From NCBI RefSeq assembly GCF_006345805.1, contig NC_043015.1, forward strand, positions 50,220,001-50,284,000: a stretch of DNA of 64,000 bases, read 5' to 3'. This document shows, piece after piece, positions 12,860-24,400 of this stretch. The notes beneath the pieces were generated by a model. The model saw only the letters and a program-made list of their open reading frames with translations. It did not search any database and was not told the DNA's origin. The DNA is from Octopus sinensis. Lineage: Eukaryota. Position 1 is the first letter of the stretch. Every line of letters starts with the position of its first letter. The translations under genes and the position numbers were made by a program.

Positions 12860-13400
12860 AAAATCAAACGTCCAGTCACCATCATGGTGTTTGGTGTGAT
12901 CACTAGTAATCTTCCCACATGGCCTCAGGCTCAACACGGAGGCCTACATCAAGTGCCTGGAGGAAGTAGTGCTGTCCTGGGTTAAGAGGGTGGCCACTGG
13001 AAGACCCTATGTCAGGCAACAGGACTCTGCACTATGCCACACAAGTAGGAGAGCCCAGTCATGGCTGTCAGACAATTTCTGTGACCACATCACCCCTAAT
13101 ATCTGGCCACTTAACTCCCCAGAATGCAACCCACTTGATTATTATGAGTGGGGGGCAGTTGAACGAGAGATGAACAAAACTCCTTGTGGCACCAATGATG
13201 AACTGAAGGCAAGGATTATGGCAGCATTGACCAACTTAAACAAGGAGACCGTCCAGAAGAGTTGCAGGAGATTTCGAAGTTCTCTAGCCAATGGCAATTT
13301 TATTGAATAAATTTACTATTTAGTATTTCAAGATATCTGTATGTAATTTTGGTAAATATATCTGTTCAAATGAGATGTCAGTGTTATTCACCACACCCTG
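12860..13400 (+). mobile_element. Tc1/mariner DD37D (maT-type) transposase remnant with right end
   Basis: PVTIMVFGVITSN...FPHGLRLNTEAYIKCLEEVVLSWVKRVA...QQD-(37 aa)-D in SPECNPLDY. The terminus CACACCCTG (reverse complement CAGGGTGTG) ends at 13400. Confidence 0.88.
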
Positions 13401-13870
13401 TGTGTGTGTGTGTGTATAGGCGCTGGTGTAGCTGTGTGGTAAGAAGCTTATTTCCCAACCACATGGTTCCGGGTTCAGTCCCACTGCATGGTACACCTTG
13501 GGCAAGTGTTTTCTGTAAGCCTTGGGCTGACCAAAGCCTTGTGAGTGAATTTGGTAGAGGGAAACTGAAAGAAGCTCATCATATATATATTTATATATTT
13601 TTGTGTCTGTCTCTGTTCCTCCAGCCCCACCATTGCTTGACAACTGGTGTTGATGTGTTTACATCCCCATAACTTAGCAGTTCGGTAAAAGTGGTCGATA
13701 GAATAAGTACCAGGCTTACAAAGAATAAGTCCTGGGGTTGATTTCTTCAGCTAAAAGGTGGTGCTCCAGCATGGCTGCAGTCAAATGACTGAAACAAGTA
13801 AAAGAAAAGAATAAAAGAATATATATATATATATGTAGTTTACATTTCCATATATATGTATGTATGTGTG

Positions 13871-13909
<39 letters not shown>

Positions 13910-14188
13910 ATAGTAGCTATTATGCAAAAGAGTTGTAAGTCCAAAACATTGCTTTTTCAGAAAATGTAAAAGTAATTTTGCTATTCCATAGTAAAACTGT
14001 TATACTACACTTTGACAGTTTTTGGTATCTTGCATTCTAAAGAAGCTGGAGACACAATAGTTTGACCAAAAGAACCAGCTTTTGGTCAAACTATTGAAAA
14101 AAACCACATTTGGCTAAATTTGGACATACAACAGTTTAACATAATAGAAACGATATGCACACACACACAGAATGATCTTCTTTATTAT

Positions 14189-14416
14189 GGCGAGCTGGCA
14201 GAAACGGTAGCACGCCGGGCGAAATGCTTAGCGGTATTTCGTCTGCTGTTACTTTCCGAGTTCAAATTCCGCCTGGGTCGACTTTGCCTTTCATCCTTCC
14301 GGGGTTGATAAATAAAGTACCAGTTTCGCACTGGGGTCGATGTAAACGATTTAATCCCTTTGTCTGTCCTTGTTTGTCCCTTCTATGTTTAGCCCCTTGT
14401 GGGCAGTAAAGAAATA
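14189..14416 (+). mobile_element. SINE family C (~230 bp; GAGCTGGCAGAA head, CTTTCATCCTTTCGGGGTCGATAAA core, AAAGAAATA end); representative copy
   Basis: B-box-like GAGTTCAAATTCC. Copies at about 23680-23845(-), 25467-25681(+), 33859-34088(-), 45903-46309(+, dimer), 47465-47680(+), 51935-52140(-) and 52706-52911(-). The core is reminiscent of the MetaSINE central domain (from memory, unverified). Confidence 0.82.
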
Positions 14417-14479
14417 TATTATGAATATGTTTCCATGTTAAATGCTTTGTTTCTGTGTTGCTGACCGGTTGTTTATTAG

Positions 14480-14600
14480 TTTGTTGCAGCTGGAGATCAT
14501 TTGGTCCACCACTGTCCAACATGGCAGTGGTCATCTGGAGACGAGGCGAAACATAAACCTTATCTGCCAAAAGACAAGCAGTTCCTCATCACAAGAAATG
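14480..14600 (+). CDS. ATG3: ATG3 exon 3 ([40 protein letters not shown])
   Basis: tattag acceptor, 121 nt, ends phase 1 at G|gtaagt. Not in the supplied ORF track. Confidence 0.97.
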
Positions 14601-17600
14601 GTAAGTTGAAGTGAACAGAATCATCATCATCATAATTGTTTTACGTCTAGTTTCCATGCTGGCATGAGTCGGCTGAGTCATCATAGTTTGTGTGAGTTCT
14701 TACTCAGAGTTACTGACTGCCTACTTGGGTTTGCAGGACTGCATCTTCTTCGTATATTCTGTTTTATGGATTAATTGATTAATAGGCACAGGTGTGGCTG
14801 TGTGGTAAGAAGCTTGCTTCCCAACCACATGGTTCTAGGTTCAGTCCCACTGCGTGGCACCTTGGGCAAGTGTCTTTTACTATAGCCTTGAGCCGACCAA
14901 AGCCTTGTGAATGGATTTGGTAAGATGGAAACTGAAAGAAGCCCTTCATCATCATTTAATGTCTGTATTCCATGCTAGGATGGATTGGATGGTTCGACCA
15001 GGGTCTGGGAAGCCAGGAGGCTGCACCAGGCTCCAGTCGGATCTGGCTATAGTAGAAGACACTTGCCCAAGGTGCCATGCAGTGGCACTGAACCCGGTAC
15101 CATGTGGTTGGGAAGGAAGCTACTCACCACACAGCCATTCCTATGCCTAAAAAATAACATTAAAAAGCCTTTTTGAAGATGTTGTTTGGACTAAATATAT
15201 TTGTTTCTGGTTTGCACAAGGCCAGCAATTTTGAAAGTTAATGCCATCAGCCTCAGTCCTTGACTCCTCATCATCATTGTCATCGTTTAACGTCCGTTTT
15301 CCATGCTGGCATGGGTTGGAAGGTTTGACTGAGGACTGGCAAACCAGAAGGCTGCACCAGACTCCAATCTGATCTGGCAGAGTTTCTACAGCTGGATGCC
15401 CTTCCTAACGCCAACCATTCCGTGAGTGTGGTGGGTGCTTTTTACATGCCATGTGTGTGTGTATCTATGTGTTCGTCTTTCTGTCTGTGTTTGTTCCCCT
15501 GTCACTGCTTGACAACCAGTGTTGGTGTGTTTAAGTCCCTGTAACTTAGCAGTTTAGCAAAAAGAGATTATAGAATAAGTACTATGCTGTAAAGAGAAGT
15601 CCTGGGGTCAATTTGTTCCACTAAAACTCTTCAATGCTGTGCTCCAGCATGGCCACAATCAGATGACTGAAACAAAAGAGAGAAAAGAACTGACTACGTC
15701 CCTGCCATGTAAATAAGATTGACCAATCAAGATCCTGTTTCAATTCATCATCATTTTGTGCTAACCATTTTCTTTTTGTAGCAAGGAGAAACTAAGTGAA
15801 TCCCGATGAAGTTTTAATGTAAACTACTTAATGCCATTTTTCTCCCTGGCTATTGAAACCCCACTTGTATAACCATGGGGGTATAGTTTCACTGTAGTGA
15901 GGCTATTAAAGATGATGATGTACTTGTGGTCAAGAAGTCTGCTTCATGGCAACCACATGGTTTTTCACATCAAGTCCATTGTTGGTGTCTTGGGCAAGTG
16001 TCTTCTGTTATAGTTTCAAGTTGACCAATGCCTTGTGAAGAGTGAAATTTGGCAGATGGAAACTATATAAACCCCTTGTGTGATATGTATATATATATAG
16101 GTGCAGGAGTGGCTGTGTGGTAAGTAGCTTGCTTACCAACCACATAGTTCCGGGTTCAGTCCCACTGCGTGGCATCTTGGGCAAGTGTCTTCTGTTATAG
16201 CCCCGGGCCGACCAATGCCTTGTGAGTGGATTTGGTAGATGGAAACTGAAAGAAGCCTGTCGTATATATGTATATATATATATACATATATGTATGTGTG
16301 TGTTTGTGTGTCTGTGTTTGTTCCCCTAGCATTGCTTGACAACCGATGCTGGTGTGTTTACGTCCCCATCACTTAGCGGTTTGGCAAAAGAGACCGATAG
16401 AATAAGTACTGGGCTTACAAAGAATAAGTCCCAGGGTCGATTTGCTCAACTAAAGGCAGTGCTCCAGCATGATCACAGTCAAAATGACTGAAACAAGTAA
16501 AAGAGAGACAGAGAGAGAGTATATATATAGTTGGCCCACTGGGAGTGAGTGGCTTTTCTGTAAGTGTCACAATATCTCTTAGGAAATTCTCTAGGAAAGA
16601 GAAAACCTGTGACATTGACAATATTTGATAATCTAGACTAGTTCTTCTTTACGAGTTTATGTTGTCCATGTTCGGAGAGTGGGATTGGATTTGTGCAGAT
16701 TCTTTCCCAACTACTAAAAAAAAAAACTTTCATGCACAGACATCGCTTGAAAAAAAAAAGTAAGGCCTATCACAAAAATGGCTGGTCATAGCCTTCGCAT
16801 CTGTAGGACTTTCGATCAGGCGATGGCAATACTCAAACATGAGTCTGCAGCCATCATATATATATATATATATGTGGGGGGGTGTCTATTACACTCCCAC
16901 CGCTTGACAACCGGTGTTGGTGTGTTTATGTCCCCATGACTTACCAGTTCAACAGAAGAAACCAATATGTATTAGGCTTAAAGAAAAAAGTACTGGGGTC
17001 GGCTCATTCGACTAAAAATTCTTCAGGGCAGTGCCCCAGCATGGCCACAGTCTAATGACCGAAACAGGTAACTGATAAAAGATATATATTTTCTTTTATT
17101 TGACTGTGGACATGCTTGAGCACCGCCTTTTAGTCAAACAAATTGACCACAGGACTTATTCTTTGTAAGCCTAGTACTTATTCTATCGATCCCTTTTACT
17201 GAACTGCTAAGTTATGGGGATGTAAACACACCTAAAAATAATGGTTCAATTAGGTTAAGTTTTATTTATGAAATACTGTTGTTCTGAATTTGCTGCAGAA
17301 TGTGGCCTAAGTTTATTTTGGTGGTGGTGTGGTAGGGGAGGTGCTAGGGATGTGGCTCAAGTGTCAAGGGAGCAACGGCCCGAAAAACTTTGGGAACCAC
17401 CGATGTACATGGTGGGCTTCTTTCAGTTTCCATCTACCGAATCTACTCACAAGGCTTTGGTTGGCCTGGTTCTGTAGTTGAAAACACTTGCCCAAGGTGC
17501 CATGCGGTGGGTTTGAACCTTCAACCATATCACAGCTACATCGATTAAAATCATTTGTAATTAAGAAGATAACGAAGTAAATTACGAAAAGAAGATCCTC

Positions 17601-17734
17601 TGACAATTGCATCTTCCACCCTCCCTCCTTCCACCTTTCATATTGTAATGTTTAACGTTGCTTTTTGTCTTATTTATGAATTTATCTTATGTTTTTTTTT
17701 TTTTTGTGGTCTTTTAATTTGTACACATGTGTAG

Positions 17735-17845
17735 TTCCTTGCTACAAACGTGTTAAACAGGTTGATAACCATTCAGAAGAGACAGAGAAGATTCTTGATG
17801 AAGATGATGATGACGGCGGATGGGTGGACACCCATCATTATGCAG
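17735..17845 (+). CDS. ATG3: ATG3 exon 4 ([37 protein letters not shown])
   Basis: gtgtag acceptor, 111 nt, phase 1 to phase 1, G|gtaaat donor. Conserved DGGWVDT motif. Confidence 0.96.
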
Positions 17846-17999
17846 GTAAATAAGCAGAGCTTCCTTTTCAATTTATGTTTCTCGACATACGTTCATGATC
17901 AAAAAAATTCATGGGGACAAGGAACGACGACAGTGAAAGCTTCTTGGGAGAAAAATGAAGTATAAGCGGCATCAGATGTAGTGTGTGAGAGAGAAAACT

Positions 18000-18063
18000 T
18001 GTATGGTCATGTGACGTGTATGGTCATGTGACGTGTATGGTCATGTGACATGTATGGTCATGT
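18000..18063. repeat. 17-bp tandem repeat, 3.7 units (TGTATGGTCATGTGACG)
   Basis: Read directly. GTCATGTGAC occurs at 18006, 18023 and 18040. Confidence 0.95.
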
Positions 18064-18379
18064 ATCATCATTGTCATCATCATTTAGCGTCCGCTTTCCA
18101 TACTAGCATGGGTTGGACGGTTCAACTGGGGTCTGGGAAGCCAGAAGGCTGCACCAGGCCCAATCTGATCTGGCAATGTTTCTATGGCTGGATGCCCTTC
18201 CTAACGCCAACCACACTGTGAGTGTAGTGGGTGCTTTTTACATGCCACCGGCACAGGTGCCAGACGAGGCTGGCAAACGGCCACGGTCGGATGGTGCTTT
18301 TTACGTGCCACCGGCACTGATATCACAGCTACAATTTCCATTGATGTTGATCGATTTCAATTTTGATTCTCACTTGCCT

Positions 18380-18432
<53 letters not shown>

Positions 18433-18827
18433 CATATATAGATATATACATCTTTAGATATATAATAATAATAATAAAAAGTAACAGTACACACACATAC
18501 AATGGGCTTCTTTCAGTTTCCATTAACTATATCCACTTGCGAGGCATTGTCCGACCTGGGGCTATAGTAAAAGACACTTGCCCAAGGTGCCTTACAACGG
18601 GACTGAACTTGAAACCGTCTGGTTGGGAAGTCACATCTGCACCTATTATGTGAGTAACAATTCTGAGTAGGAGTTGATTACAACTGTCAAGACCCAGTCA
18701 ACACATGCCAACATGGAAAAGAGACACAAAGCGATGATGGTGATAGCAATGTGTATTTGGAAATACAATTTACTGCAGTAAACAGTGGGAGATCTGTGTT
18801 ATTTCAGACTGTGTGGCTGTCTTGTTG

Positions 18828-19229
18828 CAGGTACGTGCCATCAGTAATTACTCAGGATAGGCAGTTGGAGACCTTTGTGTAGTAAAAAAACACAAAAAAA
18901 TAAGCAAAACACAGGTGTGAGACTGAGGTGAAGGCAGATTTATTTCTGCCTTTATAGCACGTAAAACGTTGTAGGAATGTATGCAGCATGTGTACTACAG
19001 CAGTACTATACGTAATTTTAATACTGAGATTGAAAGGCAGGGGCAAATTATGCCTACCTAATCTATAAAATAATAAAATATTTTGTATTTTATGCATAGT
19101 AACCAGAGTAACCTTCATAATTTTATTGAATTAGGTGCATATTTTGCCATAGAAGGAAAATGTTTCTATCGATCTATTTTATTCAAGGTAGGCACTGTCT
19201 ACCTTGCCTACCTAGGTGGCACGTACCTG
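18828..19229. mobile_element. hAT-like MITE, 402 bp
   Basis: Perfect 13-bp TIRs CAGGTACGTGCCA / TGGCACGTACCTG. Degenerate 8-bp TSD TCTTGTTG / TCTTGCAG. Confidence 0.8.
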
Positions 19230-19538
19230 TCTTGCAGTATTGAGATGCCACGGCTTAATAAACATCCCTGTCATCATTTAGAGAAATATTGCAATAATGA
19301 TGATGAGAATGTTGAAGTTTAATGGACTTCACTGGCATTCGCTGCCATCATCATGCAATTTACCGAATTTTTCCAGCATGCAAGTTGAATTTTTTCAGAC
19401 CCAGATTTCCGACCAAAAAGATCTCGGTCGACATGGTAACTTTAGAGGACCAAGAATTCCATGTGAAAATACAGCGAGATTCAGAAAGGCAGTGATGATG
19501 TTTGAATGATTACATGTTTACACTGTATATATTCTACA

Positions 19539-19881
19539 CTAGCACTATGATCCGGCAACACCGGGTCATAGCACTAGGGCATGCATATACAGCCGCATGC
19601 GTGCGCACATACACGTGAGTACTGTCAAAATCTCCGACCAATCACATGCAGCTAGCGTATCAAGTTTCGTGCATTTTGATTGGGTTTTGGATAGAAAATT
19701 CACAAAAAAGTCACTTCTGTTGATTTTTTAATGGCTTTGCAGGGTGACTGAGGAAATGTAAAGATGTGCACGACCACCCTTTGAAGGTTTTGAATGACCA
19801 TTGAAAGTGCAACCCCTCTAACTGAAAAACTGGATTTGTATAAGGGACACACAGACATTTTGCCGTTTATATATAGAAAGA
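19539..19881 (-). mobile_element. Non-autonomous Helitron-like element, 343 bp
   Basis: On the - strand: A|TCTTTCTATATATAAA at the 5' end, and a subterminal hairpin (19539-19577) with CTAG|T at the 3' end. This is the canonical A/T insertion with no TSD. Confidence 0.85.
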
Positions 19882-20030
19882 TTATATGTATTCTACATCT
19901 TGCATGCTGCAAAATAAGGTAGTTTTAATGAAGAATACCACTTCGGTATGTTTTCATCGTGGAATTCACTGTAGATTAGGGGATGAAATCAAACCAGCCC
20001 TGACAGAAATATCAGCTTATCTCATGTATG

Positions 20031-20867
20031 TGTAACAGAATCAGATTCGGTAACACTGGAGGGGTGTCCGATCTGATACCGTCACGCAGGAGTGGCTGTG
20101 TGGTAAGTAGCTTGTTAACCAACCACATGGTTCCGGGTTCAGTCCCACTGCGTGGCATCTTGGGCAAGTGTCTTCCGCTATAGCCCCGGGCCGACCAATG
20201 CCTTGTGAGTGGATTTGGTAGACGGAAACTGAAAGAAGCCTGTCGTATATATGTATATATATATATATATATGTGTGTCTGTTTGTTCCCCTAGCATTGC
20301 TTGACAACCGATGCTGGTGTGTTTACATCCCCGTCACTTAGCGGTTCGGCAAAAAGAGACCGATAGAATAAGTACTGGGCTTACAAAAAAAAAAGAATAA
20401 GTCCTGGGGTCGAGTTGCTCGACTAAAAGCGGTGCTCCAGCATGGCCGCAGTCAAATGACTGAAACAAGTAAAAGAGTAAAGAGTAAAAGAGTATACAAT
20501 TTAGGTAGAATAACAGAGACAAAGTCAGGCGGTCTACGATTACAGTAAATGGTGGTTTATTCTCGGTTACAATCAAGAACTAGTGCGCGTGTTCTCTAGT
20601 GGGGAAACCGACAGCCGAATCCGCAGGACTGATTGCTATGCTTTCTCGTTGTGAGTCAAACGATTCGTCGGGTTCGCTCCCGCTTCGTTGGGGCGAGGTC
20701 CTCAGAGAGAAAGTCAAGACACGCCCGTTCTCGAGCGCCGCTTGAGCCAGAATGGATGTTTTAGCGATCTGCGTTTTAGGATTCAGTTCCTGCACCTGCG
20801 CATGAGGAAGACTTCCGGTGGCCAACTGGAAGTAATCCAATTCTGCGCATGTGCGCTGAACCTTACA
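20031..20867 (-). mobile_element. Probable solo LTR (TGTAA...TTACA) interrupted by a SINE at 20085-20494
   Basis: 5-bp inverted termini TGTAA/TTACA, CpG-rich body, and AATAAA on the - strand at 20556-20561. About 430 bp without the SINE. No target-site duplication found. Confidence 0.6.
20085..20494 (+). mobile_element. tRNA-derived SINE family A (~400 bp, internal (TA)n/(TG)n, (AAAGAGT)n tail); representative copy
   Basis: A-box-like TGGCTGTGTGG, B-box-like GGTTCAGTCCC and a 3' CAGTC-AAAT-GACTG hairpin. Other copies: 8703-9733(-), 13417-13820(+), 14787-14945(+), 16100-16506(+), 17090-17530(-), 21865-22200(+), 40864-41301(+), 41362-41750(-), 44545-45050(-), 46791-47208(-), 51625-52270(+), 55365-55772(+). 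tRNA-derived SINEs are known from octopus (OK/OR1/OR2), but I cannot assign this one to a named family. Confidence 0.88.
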
Positions 20868-20907
20868 CAGCAGCATCACTACATATGTGTTTTTTGGTTC
20901 TTTACAG

Positions 20908-20963
20908 ATTCCACAGTATCATCGGCAGCAGAAGCCATTGCTGACATGAGGTTAGATTCACAG
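20908..20963 (+). CDS. ATG3: ATG3 exon 5 (DSTVSSAAEAIADMRLDSQ; flexible region)
   Basis: ttacag acceptor and CAG|gtaagt donor. Its 56 nt convert phase 1 to phase 0, exactly as required between exons 4 and 6. Confidence 0.85.
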
Positions 20964-21207
20964 GTAAGTTGATGTCTTTTCATCTGGATTAGCTGTGCTG
21001 GTGGATTGTACCTGCTTCCTGGTCATCCCTGATTGAGCAGAACTTGGCTATTTATATGGTGTAATGAACTGACTAGTAATTTGTTGATCGGTTTCTAAAC
21101 GACCATTATGTCATGCGGATTTGGTTTGGTGTATTTACCAAGGAGACCACAACCATCATCATGAATGTCATCTTCATCACCACTACCGTCATCATCACCA
21201 CCCCTGC

Positions 21208-21476
21208 TCTTGTCGCACCACCGCCCTTGTCGCACTGCCGCCCTTGTCGCACTGCCGCCCTTGTCGCACCGCCGCCCTTGTCGCACTGCCGCCCTTGTCG
21301 CACCGCCGCCCTTGTCGCACCGCCGCCCTTGTCGCACCGCCGCCCTTGTCGCACAGCCGCCCTTGTCGCACAGCTGCCCTTGTCGCACCGCCGCCCTTGT
21401 TGCACCGCCACCCTTGTCGCACCGCTGCTCTTATTGCCACCCCGTCCTTGTCGCACCCTGCCCTTATTGCCACCCC
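21208..21476. repeat. 17-bp GC-rich minisatellite, about 16 units (CCCTTGTCGCACYGCCG)
   Basis: Read directly. It explains the overlapping low-complexity ORFs at 21095-21585. Confidence 0.95.
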
Positions 21477-24400
21477 ATTCTAGCATGGAAAAACAAACGT
21501 AAAAATGAACAAATGACATCCTAGGTTTTTTAAGATTATCTTTAAATATAACCAACAGAAGAACCAAAATTGTCTTCAATGGCATTTTAAAAAAAATAGC
21601 TTTATCTTTGTTCTTTGCTCACCTTGAGCGTCTGATAGCAAAAGTAGGTCAAAGTAAAGCCAAAGTTAACAGGTAGGAATCACAAGTTTAGTTCGTTTAA
21701 TTTGGTCTTAACACCTGAGTTATGTAAAATATTACAGAAATACTGAAACAGAGATAAGATATAATTTCTTGATAATGTAGAAGATATCTGAATCTGTATT
21801 AGTCAGCAAAGATTGGGTAGAACATTCTCCCTGGAATCAAAATAGCTATTTTTTTATTTCTAAGAAGCTTGCTTCCCGGCCACATGGTTCTGGGTTCAGT
21901 CCCTCTGCGTGGCACCTTGGGCCGACCAAAGCTTTTTGAGTAGATTTGGTAGGTGGAAACTGAAAGGAGCCCATCATGTTTATATCTATGCGTTTGAGTC
22001 TTTGTGTATGTTTGCCTCCACCACCGCTTGACAACCGGCGTTGGTTTGTTTACACCCCCGCAAATTAGTGGTTCAGCAAAAGAGATCGATATAATAAGAA
22101 CCGGGCTTAAAAGAAAATACAGGGTTTGTTTCATTCAGTTAAAATTCTTCAACATAGTGCTCCAGCATGGCCGTAGCCTAATGACCAAGATAAAAGATAG
22201 GTACAATGTTGATTACTTTACTTGTAATGTTGGTCACAGTCATCTTACTGAATGGATGTACCTTCCCACCAAAATATAAAAAAAAGGGGGGGGGGTCCCT
22301 TACTCATCATTATCATCTTAGTTGTATATACCTACTTTCCCATGGTTACAGTGGGTCAAATAGAAGTCTCACTCAAATTACTCCCTACTGTCACAATACA
22401 TTGGATGACAATGTAGTTTGGGGTTAATAGTGACTGAACGAAAATATGTAAGCATCACGGTAGCTCAGTCAAGCCTGGACCTAGTAGTAGTAGTACTAGT
22501 AGTATTGGGGAAAGGCGACAAGCTAGCAAAATGCTTAGCCATATTTCATCTGCCGTTTATGTCCTGAGTTCAAATTTTTTTTTGGGGGGGGTCGATAAAA
22601 TTAGTACCAGTTATGCACTGGGGGTCAATGTAATAGACCTAGAGTTAAACTTTGACAGCAACAACAGTTACTTGACTTTTTATGTTCTTCATCATCATCA
22701 TCGTTTAGGGTGTGCTTTCCATGCTGGCATGAGTGGAACGGTTTGACAAGAAGCAGCCAGGCAGAAGCCTGCACCAGACTTCTGTAACTGTTTTGGCAGG
22801 AATTTTGCAGCCAGATGCCCTTCCTAAAACCAACCACTCAGTAGAGTGGACTTAATGCTTTTTACGTCGCACAAGCACAGGTGAGGTCAGTTATGGCAAG
22901 GTTTTTACAACTGGATGCCCTTCCTAACATCAACTGTCTTCCATAAACAACCTTGCCCAGATTTGTGCCTTGAGGGGAACTTTCTAGATGCAATCCCATG
23001 GTCATTCATGACCGAAGGGAGTCTTTACCCCTTACCCCATGTACATATAATGGTGTGGAATAGGGAGGCTGGTATGCATGGGTGACTGCTGGTCTTCTGT
23101 AAAACAACCTTGCCCAGACTTGTGCCTCGGAAGGTAACTTTCTAGATGCAATCCCATGGTCGTTCATGACCAAAGGGGTTTTAATAGTAATGATGATGAT
23201 GATTTAGGTACATGGCCGACAATTATAAGGGGATGTGGTTAGGATATTTTATCTTATCAGCAACAATAATGATGATGACTGATAATTTAAGCTAATGGAC
23301 AACAATTTTAAGTTGAAAGGGTCAGAGTTAGCCAATTACATTGATCCAGTACTTGACTGGTACTTTATACCATTGATAATAATAATAATAATATTGTTTT
23401 GAGCTGAGTCGGGGTGCTAGATTCCCTTGTTTGAAAATATAAGGACACAGGTCGTGTGATATAGACAGCTGGAGACGATGTCTCCTAGGGCTAAATTACA
23501 GCAACATTCATCCTAAACCAGGACTGCCATGTTCTGTTGGCAAACAATCTTTACTACAAAGTACTGTTGCTGAATATCTCTCATGAGATTTACAAATAGT
23601 AATTTTCTAGTATCATAATAATGATAATCCTCTCTGTTGGAAGCACAAGGCTTGAAATTTGAGGGAAGGGATTAAGTCGATTACATTGACCTCCAGTGCG
23701 TAACTGGTACTAATTTTATCGACCCCCGAAAGGATGAAAGGCAAAATCAACTTCAGTGAAATTTGAACTCAGGACGTAAACAGCAGATGAAATACGGCTA
23801 AGCATTTCGTCCAGCGTACTAACGAGTCTACTAGCTTGCCGCCTTTCCCCAATACTACTAGTACTACTACTACTACTACTAATAATAATAATTTTGGCAC
23901 AAGACCAGCATGTTTGAAGGATAGGGTAATTGATTACCGAGCGTGGCCGTTCGCCAGCCTCGTCTGGCACCTGTGTCGGTGGCACATAAAATCACCCACT
24001 ACACTCTCGGAGTGGTTGGCGTTAGGAAGGGCATCCAGCTGTAGAAACACTGCCAGATCTGACTGGCCTGGTGCAGCCTTCGGGCTCCCCAGACCCCAGT
24101 TGAACCGTCCAACCCATGCTAGCATGGAAAGCGGACGTTAAATGATGATGATGATGACCCTAGGGCACAACTGGTATTTATTAAAGGATAAAAGACAAAG
24201 TTGACCTCAGAAGTTATTTGAACAACAAAAATAATAATTCTGTTGTGTCTGGGGAGAGTCATTTTCTTTTTGTGCCTTATAATGTAACACACTCACCAGT
24301 AAAATTTCCACTTCTTATTTTTATTTCCCTAAAATTTTTGTTGCGTCTTGCAACCTTTTCAATAGTCTTGTGGAAATTATAAGGCACAAAAAGAAAATGA

